Shown here: positions 23,371 to 36,241 of the stretch, one piece after another | Position numbering within the stretch: the first letter of the stretch is position 1 | Layout: every line of letters starts with the position of its first letter | NCBI GenBank assembly: GCA_010015805.1 | Contig: ML978129.1 | Location: 1,488,001 to 1,552,000 of the forward strand | DNA length: 64,000 bases | DNA from: Rhizodiscina lignyota | Taxonomy: Eukaryota | Direction: 5' to 3' | Program-made: the position numbers and the translations under genes | Notes under the pieces: generated by a model | What the model was told of the DNA's origin: nothing | Databases searched by the model: none | What the model saw: the letters and a program-made list of their open reading frames with translations, nothing else

Positions 23371-25167
23371 ATGTACACCACTGGCAACGAAATGGACTCT
23401 CCGTCGAGCACCCGCAAGATCCTTACGCCTGTATCCCGCAGGGAAAAGTCTGCATCGCCATATTCTGACAGTGGCATTGAAAATACGACCGGAGTCCAGT
23501 CGCAGTATGTCTGGATGACGCCTTCATCCACTATGTCACCTTTCACGCATACCCCATCAACACTACCTGCCGGCACACGAGATCAGGATGCCGACGACAA
23601 GATGGATGGGGACTCGGATGGCCGCCCAGGATTGCCGGCTATCCCCGCTACACTGCAGCAAGAGACCGAGTTTCACGCGCGGTATCTAGAAGCTGAGAGC
23701 ATGACCATACCTGCTCCCACGAAGAGGTCAACCCACGGCAAAGGCTTTGCCTGCAAAATACCTCATCACCAGTGTAGCATATGCCTGACAGACCTCCTCG
23801 AAAATTCCATCTACTTAGTCCAAGAGATGCGCGATGACCTTTGCGAGCGCCGGGGTGAGGCACCTATCCACTCGACCATCGCCTTCATCGACTCGACCTC
23901 TCTCGGTGCTGACGGAAGGGCGAGGGAAATCGTCGTCACTGTCCGCGAAGTCGACTGTGGGTGTGAGGAGTGTGTTGCACGCCCCAAGGAGCGACCTGGC
24001 AGAAAGAAGCTGGGCATGGTATACACGACTGATGATCAGGGCCGTGATATCATCCCAGAGAGACGGTTTATGCTGAAGAAAGAGAAGGGCGGTCTAGTGG
24101 CAGAGACAGAGATGAGGCAGTGGACGGCGGAGGCGATCGCAAATTTCCAGACCGGTAGCGGCACCGAGAGCAGCGACGATGACGAAGAACACCACCAGCA
24201 TGACCCATATGCTAAACAAGACCTTGACGAGGATTCGGAGGCTTCTGCAGAGTCGACCAAGAGCAGCAGTGACAATGGCGTACCGCGTAATATGGGGAAG
24301 CGGGCCGCTGGCCAGAGGAAGGCGAACGGTGGAAACAGCCAAACAAAGAAAAGTCCAGGCACAATGCCGAAGAAGCAGACGGCTGTCACCGCACAGTCAT
24401 CGCCGAATGCGCAAAGCACACCTTTGCGCAGGTCCACACGACAGACAAAGCGTAAAGCCACTGAGGAGGCAGAGACTGTGAACACAAAGAGGGTGAAGGT
24501 TGACTCTCCCGTTCAAGTGTCCATAGCACTTGCAGGAGCAACGACAGAAAGGGATCGAAAGCGAAAGCGCGAGCAAGTCGAGGTACAGATCGCGCCCAAA
24601 CCAACACGGGTTGTGAGGCTTAAGATAAATTGGCAGAGGAAGGATGCGCAAGGAACGAATACTGCTTCCAACACGGTGTCCGACCTCACGCAAGGAGTGC
24701 AAACATCCAACACAACTGCTGGCTCGAAGCACAAGGTGGAAGAGGTGGAAGAAGCAGAGCAGTCTGCATCAAAGAAGGTCAAGTCAAAAGGCAGGAGCGA
24801 GGAAGAGGCGCCGAAGGAAAAGCCAACTGTTGGCAGAAAACTCGCCGTGCCGAGAGCGAAGAAAGTCCCCACACCGAAGAAGAGCAAGACCAGCTCCAAG
24901 GGTGTGGCCGCAGAGGAGGCCCCAGCGATTAAGCTAACCGCCGCTCCAACACAGAAGGCGGCAGATGTGCAGAAGGGTGCTGCCACACAGAATGGCAACA
25001 AAGGCAACAAGGACAAGACTCCGGAGAAGAGGGTCGGCGATATGGATGCGGGTTTAAAGAGCGAGGCAGGGAAGGGGAGCAATACTCCACGCCGGAAGCC
25101 AATGTTGAAGATTACGTACAAGGCCTACGAGGCAGCTAAGGCAGCACGGGCCGAGGATGGTGTTTGA
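23371..25167 (+). CDS. Hypothetical protein with a Cys/His cluster and a Lys-rich disordered C-terminus
   Basis: 598-aa intronless ORF; CKIPHHQCSIC and DCGCEEC motifs; several basic NLS-like stretches (RKRKRE). Confidence 0.7.
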   Translation: MYTTGNEMDSPSSTRKILTPVSRREKSASPYSDSGIENTTGVQSQYVWMTPSSTMSPFTHTPSTLPAGTRDQDADDKMDGDSDGRPGLPAIPATLQQETEFHARYLEAESMTIPAPTKRSTHGKGFACKIPHHQCSICLTDLLENSIYLVQEMRDDLCERRGEAPIHSTIAFIDSTSLGADGRAREIVVTVREVDCGCEECVARPKERPGRKKLGMVYTTDDQGRDIIPERRFMLKKEKGGLVAETEMRQWTAEAIANFQTGSGTESSDDDEEHHQHDPYAKQDLDEDSEASAESTKSSSDNGVPRNMGKRAAGQRKANGGNSQTKKSPGTMPKKQTAVTAQSSPNAQSTPLRRSTRQTKRKATEEAETVNTKRVKVDSPVQVSIALAGATTERDRKRKREQVEVQIAPKPTRVVRLKINWQRKDAQGTNTASNTVSDLTQGVQTSNTTAGSKHKVEEVEEAEQSASKKVKSKGRSEEEAPKEKPTVGRKLAVPRAKKVPTPKKSKTSSKGVAAEEAPAIKLTAAPTQKAADVQKGAATQNGNKGNKDKTPEKRVGDMDAGLKSEAGKGSNTPRRKPMLKITYKAYEAAKAARAEDGV

Positions 25168-26255
25168 GAGGGTGGATGGACAAAGGTGGGACTGGAGGGA
25201 CCGTACTTCAATTTCTGGTTTGTCGACTTAAGAGTCGTTCGAGGTGGCTTCCTCAGTCACTACATGTAAGGAGCTGGTGTCGCAGCACTCAGCCAAGAAG
25301 ACAAGGGTATCCGCAAGCTTCAAGGGGTTGCTGGATATAAGCGCGTATATACGTATCTCACTACACTTATAGTTATTCAGCTCATCCTTCAGTTGATTGT
25401 GCAGGCCACCTGGACTTACTTTACCATTACCCCAGCCAGATGGAAGCATCCCCATGGCTAAGACTGGCGAAGTTCATTGGCGAGATAGGTTGATGTTAGA
25501 CATTCTGATAAGACGATGCTGAACATTTTAATAAGATAATACTGAGCATATAAAACTATCCTATCATATTAGAAAGCACCTTGAACAGTTTAACTAGCGG
25601 GCTCACGTCCATTCTTCTTGGATACTCTCAATGAGAGCGACCCTCATGAAGGAATGTCCAGTCGAAGCGCGCAATAACTCTTATATACCTTGAGGAGACG
25701 TTCCTTCCCCGTGCTCCTCGTCCACCGCTCAAGCCAGCGTTCTATCTCATGGTCGTTGAATGCTCATTCTAGAGTACTACAGTGCGTCCAACGGTCGAAG
25801 TAGGTGACAAAAAAGTCAAGTCGTGGCTACATGATGTTCAACTACGAGGATCCATACCCTCACCGGTTGATATACGTTATAAACACTAAAGCTGCGTATT
25901 TTAGATAAAGCCCTAGAAAGAGCAGATTCTTTGCAAGTTGCAACTTGCCTGAGCCAAGAGAATGACCTCCCTTCTCATCCGATCGTCCTCACGCATTGCA
26001 CGACTGTGTTGGAAAGTTATATTATAGAGACCATTAGCAGTGTTCAAAGATATCACCAGAACATAGTGATTTAAGGGGTTATTCAATATGTGTGGTAGTT
26101 CATGCAATTTACTACCTAATCATTCCTCTTATAGTTCGCCGGGTGGGTGGTGTTACAGCGAGCAACCAAACAACGCGTCGAGGAACAGTCCTAGCTAGCA
26201 GGAGGCTCTTATATCTAGAGCAGTCTCTATAAGAAATTTGCCTCCATTGGCTACC

Positions 26256-27593
26256 TCACTTCCTGCCACTTCCACTAAGCTCTTCCCATTGTACGCCCAC
26301 CCACTCCTCGAGATACCCAACTTCCCCAACCTTTGCGTTCTTCGCTCCGCAGTCCTTCTCGCAGACTCCAAGGATGACTGTTCCCCAGTCCATCCCTTCC
26401 AGAGCTGCGTTCGCAGGCTCATCCGTCTCTAGCATCTCGATAGCATGAGGTGTCAACTGAAGCTCAAACGTCCTCTTTGCGCCACAATTCTGACATGACG
26501 GTATACCCACACCTCCTGAAGTAACTACCTTTGCGGCTGTTGATTGTGAGCTGCTGTGAGTAAATCGGCGACCGACGGCATCGGTCGATGAGTACAGGAG
26601 CGGTTGTCCATTGAACTCGTAGCGCAGTGCTTGCTCAGGATTATGGCTCAGCCTATCCGCAAAACGCTGAAATGTTTTGTCCATGCTACTCTCGAAAAGA
26701 TCTTTATCCTCGTTACCTCCACCGCCTCCAGTATTGCTGCTTGCCCCATCAATATCCATCTCGGTTACATTTGCTCTAGTAGAAGCGGCAGGAGTCTCTT
26801 CTGACAAAGTTTCATAGTCGGCATCAAGACTGTAGCATGTGAACGGCCGAGGGAACGAGGATTGTGCAGGCCACGCCTCTAGAAGACCGACAGGTTGGGC
26901 TGGAGGAGGTGGAGATGACAGTCTGACTTTATCAGCGAAGGTCTCGGAAAGACCATTTGTAGCATCGTCTTGGGTTGGCTTCTGAGGAGGCTTCGCGGCG
27001 AGTGATGACGCCGTTGAGAACGGGTTGGACTGGGTCTTCGGTGTACTTGTAGAAAATGGGTTTGCCCCTGCCGTGGTGCTCCCAGATGAAGGTGCGACTC
27101 CAAAGAGAGCTGCTCCAAGGTCGGGTTGCTTCGGCTTCTCACCGGCCTCAGCACCACTGGACAAACCCAGCTGTTGTGGTTTTCCATAAGTTGTAGCCTT
27201 CGTTATCTTTGTGCCTCTGAAGCCGCGTATGCTGCCTTCCTTTCTCCTGCAAGGTTTGCGTCGGCATGTGAATAGGTATAATCGTCTTTCGTGATCAGGG
27301 AATCGTTCGGGGAGGTTGCCATTTAGCTGGAGCATGAGGGTCATCAGATCATTGCAGATTTTGCATTTTGCTAGGTCTCCCGGAGGTGTTGTTTTATCAT
27401 CAAGCCATGTCTGATCAATAAGTCAGTTAAGTTCAAACCGTTATACTGCTCGAGAGGATTTACATACCGGGTATCCTCCGAGCTGGCTGACCGTGTCCTC
27501 TGTAGATCCCTGGGATGCATACCCCAGAAGCACACTGGTCTCTGTATAGTTGCCCTCATCATCTAGAGAGCTATCGCTGTCATAGGAAGCCAT
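26256..27593 (-). CDS. TSR4: Tsr4/PDCD2-like 20S pre-rRNA accumulation protein
   Basis: MASYDSDSS..ETSVLLGYA..SQLGGYP|TWLD; LQLNG, FQRFADRLSHNPEQALRY, FELQLTP and MDWGT are PDCD2 motifs; one intron. Confidence 0.92.
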
Positions 27594-27644
27594 TTCGTGT
27601 CGTAGACGTTGCGCGTGGAGGGGTTTTTGCTCGGTGATCGGGCG

Positions 27645-27773
27645 GAAAAAAAGTTGACATGACGTTGTGTCCCAAAAGGGAAATACGCGACTGTTCAATT
27701 TCCTTTGCCTCCCTCCATCATTCCTTTCACACTTTCATTCAACACAGTGAATAGGTATAGAGAGAAATTTTCA
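27645..27773. promoter_or_regulatory. RRPE-like elements in the 227-bp TSR4/SGT1 divergent promoter
   Basis: GAAAAAAAGTT at 27645 and GAAATTTTCA at 27764 (reverse complement TGAAAATTTC), typical of ribosome-biogenesis genes. Confidence 0.4.
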
Positions 27774-27820
27774 AATAGAAAAGAGCTTGGAGTCCTTTTC
27801 CATCTTCGAAGTCCAGCGGA

Positions 27821-29626
27821 ATGGATTTCACACCCCAGGACGATTTCAAATGGTTCGGCGAAGGCTTCGAAGGCTTTCCCAAACGACTGCCGGACGACAC
27901 TGTCGAATATATCATCTACGTAATCGACTCGAAGCTCAACGATGCTCAAGTGCGATCCCAGCTGTTAAGCATCCAGAAGACAGCGTCGGATCTGGTTAAA
28001 CAGCATCTGAGAGATTACATCTGGCAGCGCGACTCCTTCAACTTAGAACTACTACGCGAAAATAGTAGGCAAGACAGCCTTGTCTTACATCTTCAAAGCG
28101 AGCTAATCATTGGTGCTAGATAAATGGCTTCTCCGTGGGACGACAAACTACGGAGACTCAGTAGCCGATGAATGGGTTATCGTTTACATGCTCCGGGGGC
28201 TCAGCAGGACATTCAATAATGCCTGGATCCGCGTTTTCGACACAGACGGCGAGTTCTTGCTTGGCGAGGCCGCAAATGCTCTACCAAAGTGGCTGAACCC
28301 AGAAATCGCTGACAACCGAGTATGTCTATACTTCCCATGATGTCTCTTGGTTCCCCTTCTAACCCTCTACAGGTTTGGCTAAACTCCGGACGACTTCTGA
28401 TCATCCCTCCTGGCGCGTCAGTCGCAAAACCAGGATCGGTCGGATCTTTGAAGTCAGATATGAAATCCCTCAAAATAGAAGAAGCTATTTCAATCATATC
28501 CAAGGATTCCAATCAACTGACACACACGCCGGAGATTGAAGATGAAGCATTCTATCGCATTCGTTCATATCCGGCTGGCATCTCCGAGAACCTCCATCAT
28601 GCCCTCGTTACGATTCCTCGCTCGACTGCATCCATCTTACACAGAAGTCCAAGCTACATCAGTGCCGCTGTTGAAGCTTTCTACCTTCGAGATCCTATCT
28701 CTCTGCGGCCGCTGAAGGCTGCAAACAAAGATGGACTTAAATTCCCACCAGATGACCTCGTTACCGTCAGCATACGCTTCTCCAAAGTCCAGTATGCGCA
28801 GCTACGTGGTCAAGAATTCGACCCGCCGCCCATGTGGAAGTCAACCCTCGCAGATTCCAGACTCGAGGAGAAGCGATTCATGGCACTCGACATTGGGATG
28901 AAGATCACCTGTGGCTTTGAAATGCTGCTTTCCGATCCGGCGAATAGGGATAAAAAAGCGGTACGCGAGATTAACGTTCTGCTCGAAGACATTGCTAGCG
29001 AAGGAGATTTGCCCACAGACGAAGAAATGGCAAAGTGGGATCGAAAAGAAGACGATGACAAGTGGCTCGACATCAACTTCGAAGATTTCGAGCAGGAGCT
29101 CTCCGGTCATGCCCGCAACGGACAGGACAGCAAAGATCCATCAATCAATACCGATTCAAATGCAAATACCGGCTTCGGGGATAAATCTGCGCAAGAAAAC
29201 CTCCGCAAGATGGTATCGCGCTTCGAGGCTTTCCTGAACTCCGAAGACGCAGAAAACGCGGAGCACATTGACGACATGGACTTTGATGACGATGATGAAG
29301 GCTCGGACGACGATTCAGACAATGACGAGGCCGACGACATTGACGAGGAAGAATTTGACCGCGCCATGCGCGAGATGATGAAGCTACCACCCGAGCAGCG
29401 AGCAGATGCAGCACCAGACGTACTACGGCGCGCGGTAAGGGAAATTGAGGAGTACAACGAGAGCGATGACGAAGCGGCTGAGGATGCTGAGGAAATCAAG
29501 AAGATGGCGGAGGCGATGGAGCGGGAGTTGAGGGGGTTGGGAGCGCTGGATATTCACGGCGATGAGATGGCGGATCTCATTGGTGGGAAAGGCAAGGGGA
29601 AAGAGAAGCAGGTACTTGAAAAGTGA
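27821..29626 (+). CDS. SGT1/Ecdysoneless-family protein
   Basis: GFPKRLPDDTVEY, YIWQRDSF, GTTNYGDSVADEWVIVY, DGEFLL.EAANALPKWLNPE..DNRVW, AAVEAFYLRDP and GMKITCGFE; 2 introns. Confidence 0.9.
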
Positions 29627-29887
29627 AGAGAAATGCGAGAGCGAGATGAAAACTCCTAAGTTGGAAAATGGGTATCTTAATATCGTATACTCTGTACAAG
29701 AAGTGGTATCTACAATTACACCAAAGCAACATGCGTCTCGTGCATCCCATCTAGCAAAGGGAACAAATCTCTCAGCCGTGCCTTTCCCAAATCAGTACGT
29801 AAATAAAAATTCTCGATCCAACCCCGTGAGAACGCCAACCGGACAAAATATATAACAACTCAATCCAGCCCTAAAACCTGTCAAATG

Positions 29888-31680
29888 CTAAAAGAACAGA
29901 TCGTGAGCATACTGTTCGTCAGGGCACATATCCGGCCAACTGATCCACTGGCCTCTATCTGTCCACACTCCACCGGCCATCTTTGTCCGTGGCCTCTTCT
30001 TAAAATCGTCCCAGTCGGTCTCGTCCCAAGCTGGACCATGCTTCTCCATCGCCGCAATGATCAGATTTCTCACGCGCGGCTGCATCCAGAGATCAGGCCA
30101 CCTATAATCACGGTTCTCCTTGCCGCCATTGTGATGCACCATTACGGGTACGGTACCCATACACAGGTGGCTATAAAGCGGCACTTCGCGCCACGTCTTC
30201 GACGTCCATACTTTCTTGTCGGGTAGGTTTGTGCGCTCGAGGAGGTGGAAGGGGTTGGAGAGGTTCGCGATATCGTAGGGTAGGTCGGTGGGTACACGCA
30301 CGGGGCAATCTAGCTTACTGTGGCGGCTGAATTTGGACTGCGCTTGCGCGTGGAAGGTGGTATTCTCGGGGTGGTCCCAGATGAGCCACTGCGAGTCGCG
30401 GTTGATGTCTGAGTTCATTGTCTGGTGGCCCAGTTCTGAGAAGTAGTCGAGGCCCATACCGAACTCGTAGTCGGTGTCTTCGTCCGGCACAAACGGTGTG
30501 ACGCTCACGCTGGGCTTTAGAATGTTGTCGATGTACAGGCCCTGAACGAAGTTGTCCCTTGGCTTGGTTGCCATATACGGGTGCCAGAATTTTTCCCATG
30601 CGCTAACGTGTTTGAGACGTTGGACTTCTCGAGCGTAGTTTTGCTCTCCCATTATCCGCGCGAAGATTGCTTGGTCGGACGCACCGTAGATAGGCTTGTC
30701 TTTGTGGTCATCGGCTTTTTCTTGAGCGCGCTCGAAGAGTTTTCGCATCATGCCCACTGGGCCTATGATATAGCCGGAGTTTATGTATCGCTGCTTCATG
30801 CTGTACCAATTGTTGTGGCCTAGAACGGTGTCTGTGTTGTTGTAGTAGAGGTCGTCTGGCGCGTACGAGTACGGAACAGTGTAGCAAGCAACTTCCCAGA
30901 GCGCATTTGGGGCGCATCGCTTGCCTGCACCGAAGATGATCTGTTGCCGTATCCCTTCATTCTCGTAAGCCGGGCCAAGTTCCTTCTGAAGCCGCGCATT
31001 GTGGCGCGCGTTGATGCGATGATAGCGTTCAATAAGAACCTCTACAGGAAGCTGGAAATGGATGTCGTAGGCGTCGATCATGAAGACAAGGTCGTCATCT
31101 TGGCTCTTTTGCAATGAGTTGAGATATTTGAGTGTCTTGGAGATCTTCATCAAGTGACTGCCACCTCCAAGGCCAGTTTCATCGAGCTTCTCTTTCCATG
31201 CAAGAATTGTTGGCGAAGGGTATCCCAAAATGCCGGCTGAAAGTAAAGTCTTGCAGAGGTTGGAATTTGGATCCGTCGCAGGGATGAGAAAATGAATATT
31301 GGCGTCGTTGACTTTGTCTCTTGACGTTGTGCATTCTGTCTCCATAAAGTCCAGATGGTCGAGGGACCATTTCTGCGAATGGGAGGCGCTCGAACCATTG
31401 ACTGGCCGGGATGTGAATAAAGATGGTCCCTGAGCAACTTTTCAGCGATATGCGGAGCGGTGGAAAAATTGAGGTAACTCACCCTGCTCATAAGAGAAGA
31501 TGCGGCCCAAAAGAGTTGAAGTCCGATCAAGATAAACACGACAAAGATCAATCTCATAGGTCTTCGTCGCGCCAGTCTTGTTACCTGACCTGACACTGAG
31601 CGACCCCATTCCGATGCTGTTGGACTGCTCGGAACGCTGAGGACATGGTAGTTCGCAGCCTTCTTCTCGTCAGAGAACAT
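29888..31680 (-). CDS. Type II membrane protein with a PLOD-like glycosyltransferase (GT-A) domain
   Basis: Exon 1 with an N-terminal TM anchor (LIFVVFILIGLQLFWAA), phase-0 intron GTGAGT..CTCAG, then LCKTLLSA..LGYP, DDLVFMIDAYD, YINSGYIIG, SDQAIF and VHHNG motifs. Confidence 0.7.
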
Positions 31681-34047
31681 ATTTGAATTTACCCCGCGAA
31701 AAGGGAAAAGATTTGAGTTGCGGCTGCCTCGTATTGATATACACAGTGCCACAAGACGCCATGGTATCCGCTATAGGCCCTACGGAACGCCCCCTGGTGG
31801 TCGACGAGCCACGTAGCGCATCAACAATTTTGTATTCCTGCTGCCACACCCCACGGGCCACGGCGCATCTCTCTGCATGATGAGTGGAGTCGAAAAGCCC
31901 CGTTCCTGATTTTGCCCATAGTCTCTGAACGCGTTTGATGTGTACCTACTCCGAAGCGAGCGAATCAACTGAGGTCGAGGCGGCCAGATGTGGATATGAT
32001 TCAGGAACGCTCCCGGATATGGCATGATGAGGCGCTTTGGTCGGTGGAATTATCGGTCATCGACTGCTTAAACTAGGCAATTTGGAGAAGAGCGATAGGC
32101 GGCCCACATTGTGGCGCATCGTGTAGAGCAGATCACAAAAAGCTTGGCCAAAATCGATCGGGACCTGCCCGCCTTGAGCTTGACACCTTTGCCTGTCTGT
32201 TGTACCATCTAGGTACTCATCAGACTAGCTAGATCAGAATATCGCCGAAATGGCCATACCAGTATCAGAGTTGTTATCGGTACCTCATGAACGGTTATAG
32301 CTTGCAGTCAAGAAGTTTTCGATGCATTGTCGTGATCCTGCTACCATCCTCCCTGTTCGCGTTCAAGACGGAGTAAGGTAGCTCTGCAGATAGCGGTAAT
32401 CCTGATTGGAAGACATGATAGCGGCTGTCCCCTCAAGACTGCGCGTGGCGCACGGAGCAGAATCAGGATCTGGATGGCTAACAAAGCGACGGCATCTGGA
32501 GACGAAAGCAAACGAAGATGACTGGATAATCTTGGTCCCAAGCGGGAACTGCAACGAAAAGGGGGAAGCGGCCAAGTAGGACAAGAAATTCTTTCCTGGT
32601 CCCAAGACTCCAGCCCCTTCAAAAGGATCCGAAGACAACTTTCGTGCGAGTCAGGAGTTCCGTATCTTTCAAGCGAGATTAAATTGCGAAGAGGCTTGTG
32701 AATTTTTCCAGTTCCAGTAGTTTTGCGTCTCAGTAACAAGAAAAGGACGTTGGAATCGCAGAATCATTGAGCATGCTTGCTACTCGGTTCTTCCCGGCAG
32801 TCAGAGCAAAGAGATCGCCATGTGGGCCTGTCCGGAAATAGTAATAGTAATTACCGGTATCCCCTCTAGCTGCTGAACGATAACATTGACGGATTGCCGG
32901 TTTTCATGCGAAGATCTCCTTCTTTCGCAAATCCCAAACTTTGGTAGTTGAGATTGTGAGAATTCCATACTGCGTACGACAAGCTCGTCGATTTCGTCCG
33001 TGATGATACGCCAATTGTCTGCAGCCTGCGGTTACGACGTTGCCGTCTTGGGGCCTTGGGGGTGAGTTATTGAAGGTCGGATACATGTGCGAACTCCTGA
33101 TAGGCGTTGGAACCTATAAAGCAGTAAAAGGAGAGCGGCCTAATGAGAAAATTACCACTTACCTCCAATCCGTTCGAATCGCTATTATATAGCACGTGAT
33201 ATTTTTTATTATTATTTCCAACTTCATCTCATCTTCCAAGAGACCACTTTGCCAGCTAAAGACATCGATGGATACGTACTATCCCTTTACTTTCGGTTTC
33301 TATATGTATCTTCATTCAGACTGAGATTCAACAGAGGGAATCATTATTATGATGTTGCGAGAAGGTGGACATCAGCACTAGAGGCATCCCTTATTAGTCC
33401 GCATTCGACCTTTGCCAACAAAATCTCTGTCCTTCGATTTTCTTTAACATCTACATGTTCTTGGAGCCCTTCCGAGACGCTCTAAGCCCGAGAAGAAATA
33501 TGGTAGGTGGATGTTTGGCTATACGAGCCACACCTGCGTGTCGTGTAAAGATCGCGTATGCTTGGGTCGCTAGGTGCGATCTGTGTGAGTGAGCAGTCTT
33601 ATATTCACTATGCTGCTGAGATTCAAAGGGCTAATGATGTCTTTCTGGTCACTTAGCGGAGAGCTCGTTAAAGGTCTTGTAGCCTGAGAATTGTTCCGTT
33701 ATGTGAAAACTGTGAGTTCCGCAGAATTGGGAAGCTGCCTTGGTATCATCCTTTGTGAGGAGTCGAATATCTGAATTGATGAAGTCCCATTTCACGCACA
33801 AACACACACCTGCAGGGGATGTAGGCAGCCGCCGTCGTGACTGCCGTTTCGATTTGCGTGACGTCACGCGACAAACCTCGCCTTTGTAGAGGTAAGTACC
33901 TTTTGCTTGGAGGTCTCCTCTCTGCACGACTTTGATTCGAATTCTCGCTGTCGCTCCTCCGACTTTCATTTCAGTTCTGGGCACGATTTCGCCCATCCTG
34001 CCTTCAATCCTCTCGGGTCACCACTCTCCGAAGTAGCAATCGCCACA

Positions 34048-35118
34048 ATGGGCTACTGGGGCTTCAAACTCTTTCAGTCCGATCATGAGATCAAACTTCT
34101 GCAAGAGGTTCTAAAAGATGCAGAGAAAATGTTCGGATACACCGACGATGGACCTGATCCGTATGCCTTTCCGCGAAACTTGAGTGCGAACAGGGGCGCA
34201 GGACTACGACGCATGCTTGAGAAGTACGAGAAAGACCCAGAGAAGTCGATGAGTGGTCGCGATCATAAGATCATCATCTTGATTGCCTCGGCGATGGAGG
34301 GTGGTGTTGCATACCTTGATGAAGACATCCGCGAACTTGCTCGCATGAAGACCGAGAAGCTCGGTATTCCACAAGAGTCAAAGGATCAGATGTGCAAGGC
34401 ACTCGACAACTACATACCTTTCGTGGCCTGGGAATTTGACAGCCTTGGACTGAACGATACCCTAGTTAAGTTTGAACTCGACCGCATTGCTCGCGGCATA
34501 CCTACAGAGTAAGGTTGCCTCTGATGTCGCATTTGCTGATTGTATACTAATGTGACCAGTGCTCCCGGCGGCATCAACGTGATTCCAGATGTCAGCTGCT
34601 GCCCAGGAATGGAACAGCACAAGCTATCTACGTTGCACTCCGTCAAGTCCATACTCGACAATATCAGCCCTGAACAGCACAAGCTAGTTGAGAGTTTTAT
34701 GATTGCCGGTCAATCAGGATCTGCTCCGTCTCAAGAGGCTATCAAGGCAACGTCCGACATGATGAAAACCGTCTATGGCTCTCAGACATCCATGACAGAA
34801 GACGAGATGACGCAAATGCTGGATTATGCTTTCCCGAAGAATCGACATGGTGTCCACGTTGCACCCCGAGTGTGCAAAACTTGTGGCATTCATGAAACTG
34901 AACTCAAGAATAATGGGAAGCTCAAGCGGTGTGCCAAGTGCCAGAACGATCAATCCTTGTACTGCAATCGAGAATGCCAGAAGAAGGACTGGAAGGATCA
35001 CAAGCGAGTCTGCGGGAAGGAGAATCGGACAGAACCGTCTTCCGCTCTTCGGCCAACTCGATACGTTGGTACTGACTACGTCGGCGGCCATGCGATGATC
35101 TACGCTCGAACGCAATGA
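34048..35118 (+). CDS. MYND zinc-finger protein with an MGxWG...FQSD N-terminal domain
   Basis: CKTC..LKRCAKC..YCNRECQKKDWKDHKRVC; one intron at about 34510-34559. Confidence 0.85.
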
Positions 35119-36241
35119 TCGGTAAGGACAACCTGAAGTTGGGAGGAAGTTGTGGTGTGCGACAAGTTTGATGAGGACAAATAGTCCAAGGTTGCACGCT
35201 CTGGGGTTGTTCCAACTTCTTGCTATACACTGCAGAGGTTGACATGAGGATGGCGATGACTGGCTGCACTTCTACATTAGAGACAGGAGTGGTTCAATTT
35301 GCTGAAACGCTTAAATACAAAGCCAAAGCCTTTCAATCTTAAGAGCTGATTTATTGACCGGCCATTACTCCGTAAAACACTCGTAAGCCTCCATGATCAT
35401 CATTGTCGCGCAAGGCTGTTTACGATAGGCAGCCGAACCGAATCCGAAGGGAAACGGAGCAGAGAGCCCCCATCGATATACCAAGAAGTGAATATGGCAT
35501 AGTCGATCCAAATGCATTGATTCTTCGTCCAATTTAGAAGAGAATAGGAATGTGGAGTGAAGAAAGCGATCACGTTGCGGATCAGCGCGGAGACAGCTCG
35601 CCGAAGCAAAAGCGCCCTGGTGTCTCGAAACAGTTCCTGCAACAAGCCACTGTCATCAACCACATCTGATGCAGCCCGCAACCCAGATGCGGTATCGTCT
35701 GTTTATCATCTTTCCAGCGTCGTTCCACACCTGTCCTCTTTCGTCGGCGTCCTTGAACAGGAGAGGTGCAGGTGCCTCCTTCTAAAACTAATTCGCATGA
35801 AGTCTTCTCGCCCGAACATGGATGCGTTCAGACGCGGAGTGCTGAGTAGAGGCTCGAAATGCTCAATGTTTCCAAAGCCCCACAGCCCATTGATCTATCT
35901 CAGCTATCAGAGCTCAACTTCTTGCCCTCTGGACCCAGAGACCATTGCCGTGGATATGTGCGACACGCTTTCTCACGCCGACAATCTACCCTGACAGCTC
36001 TCGCTCTGCATTCGCAGCGGCTTTTCCTTTTCATTTATCCTTTAGCTCTCACTCGTACTCTTCGCAGACATTTACTTTCTCTAGTGCTAAAGTCGAGGGA
36101 CAGCAAGCCGGACTCCTCCTCACCACTCTCTTCTTCCGCGATGCCTCACTTCCATTCGTAGTGGACGGCGACTGGCGACAGTGTTGTTTTGATTGGTCTT
36201 TTCTCGCGCCTATTCGGTATTCATCTCGATCGCGGGTCGCC

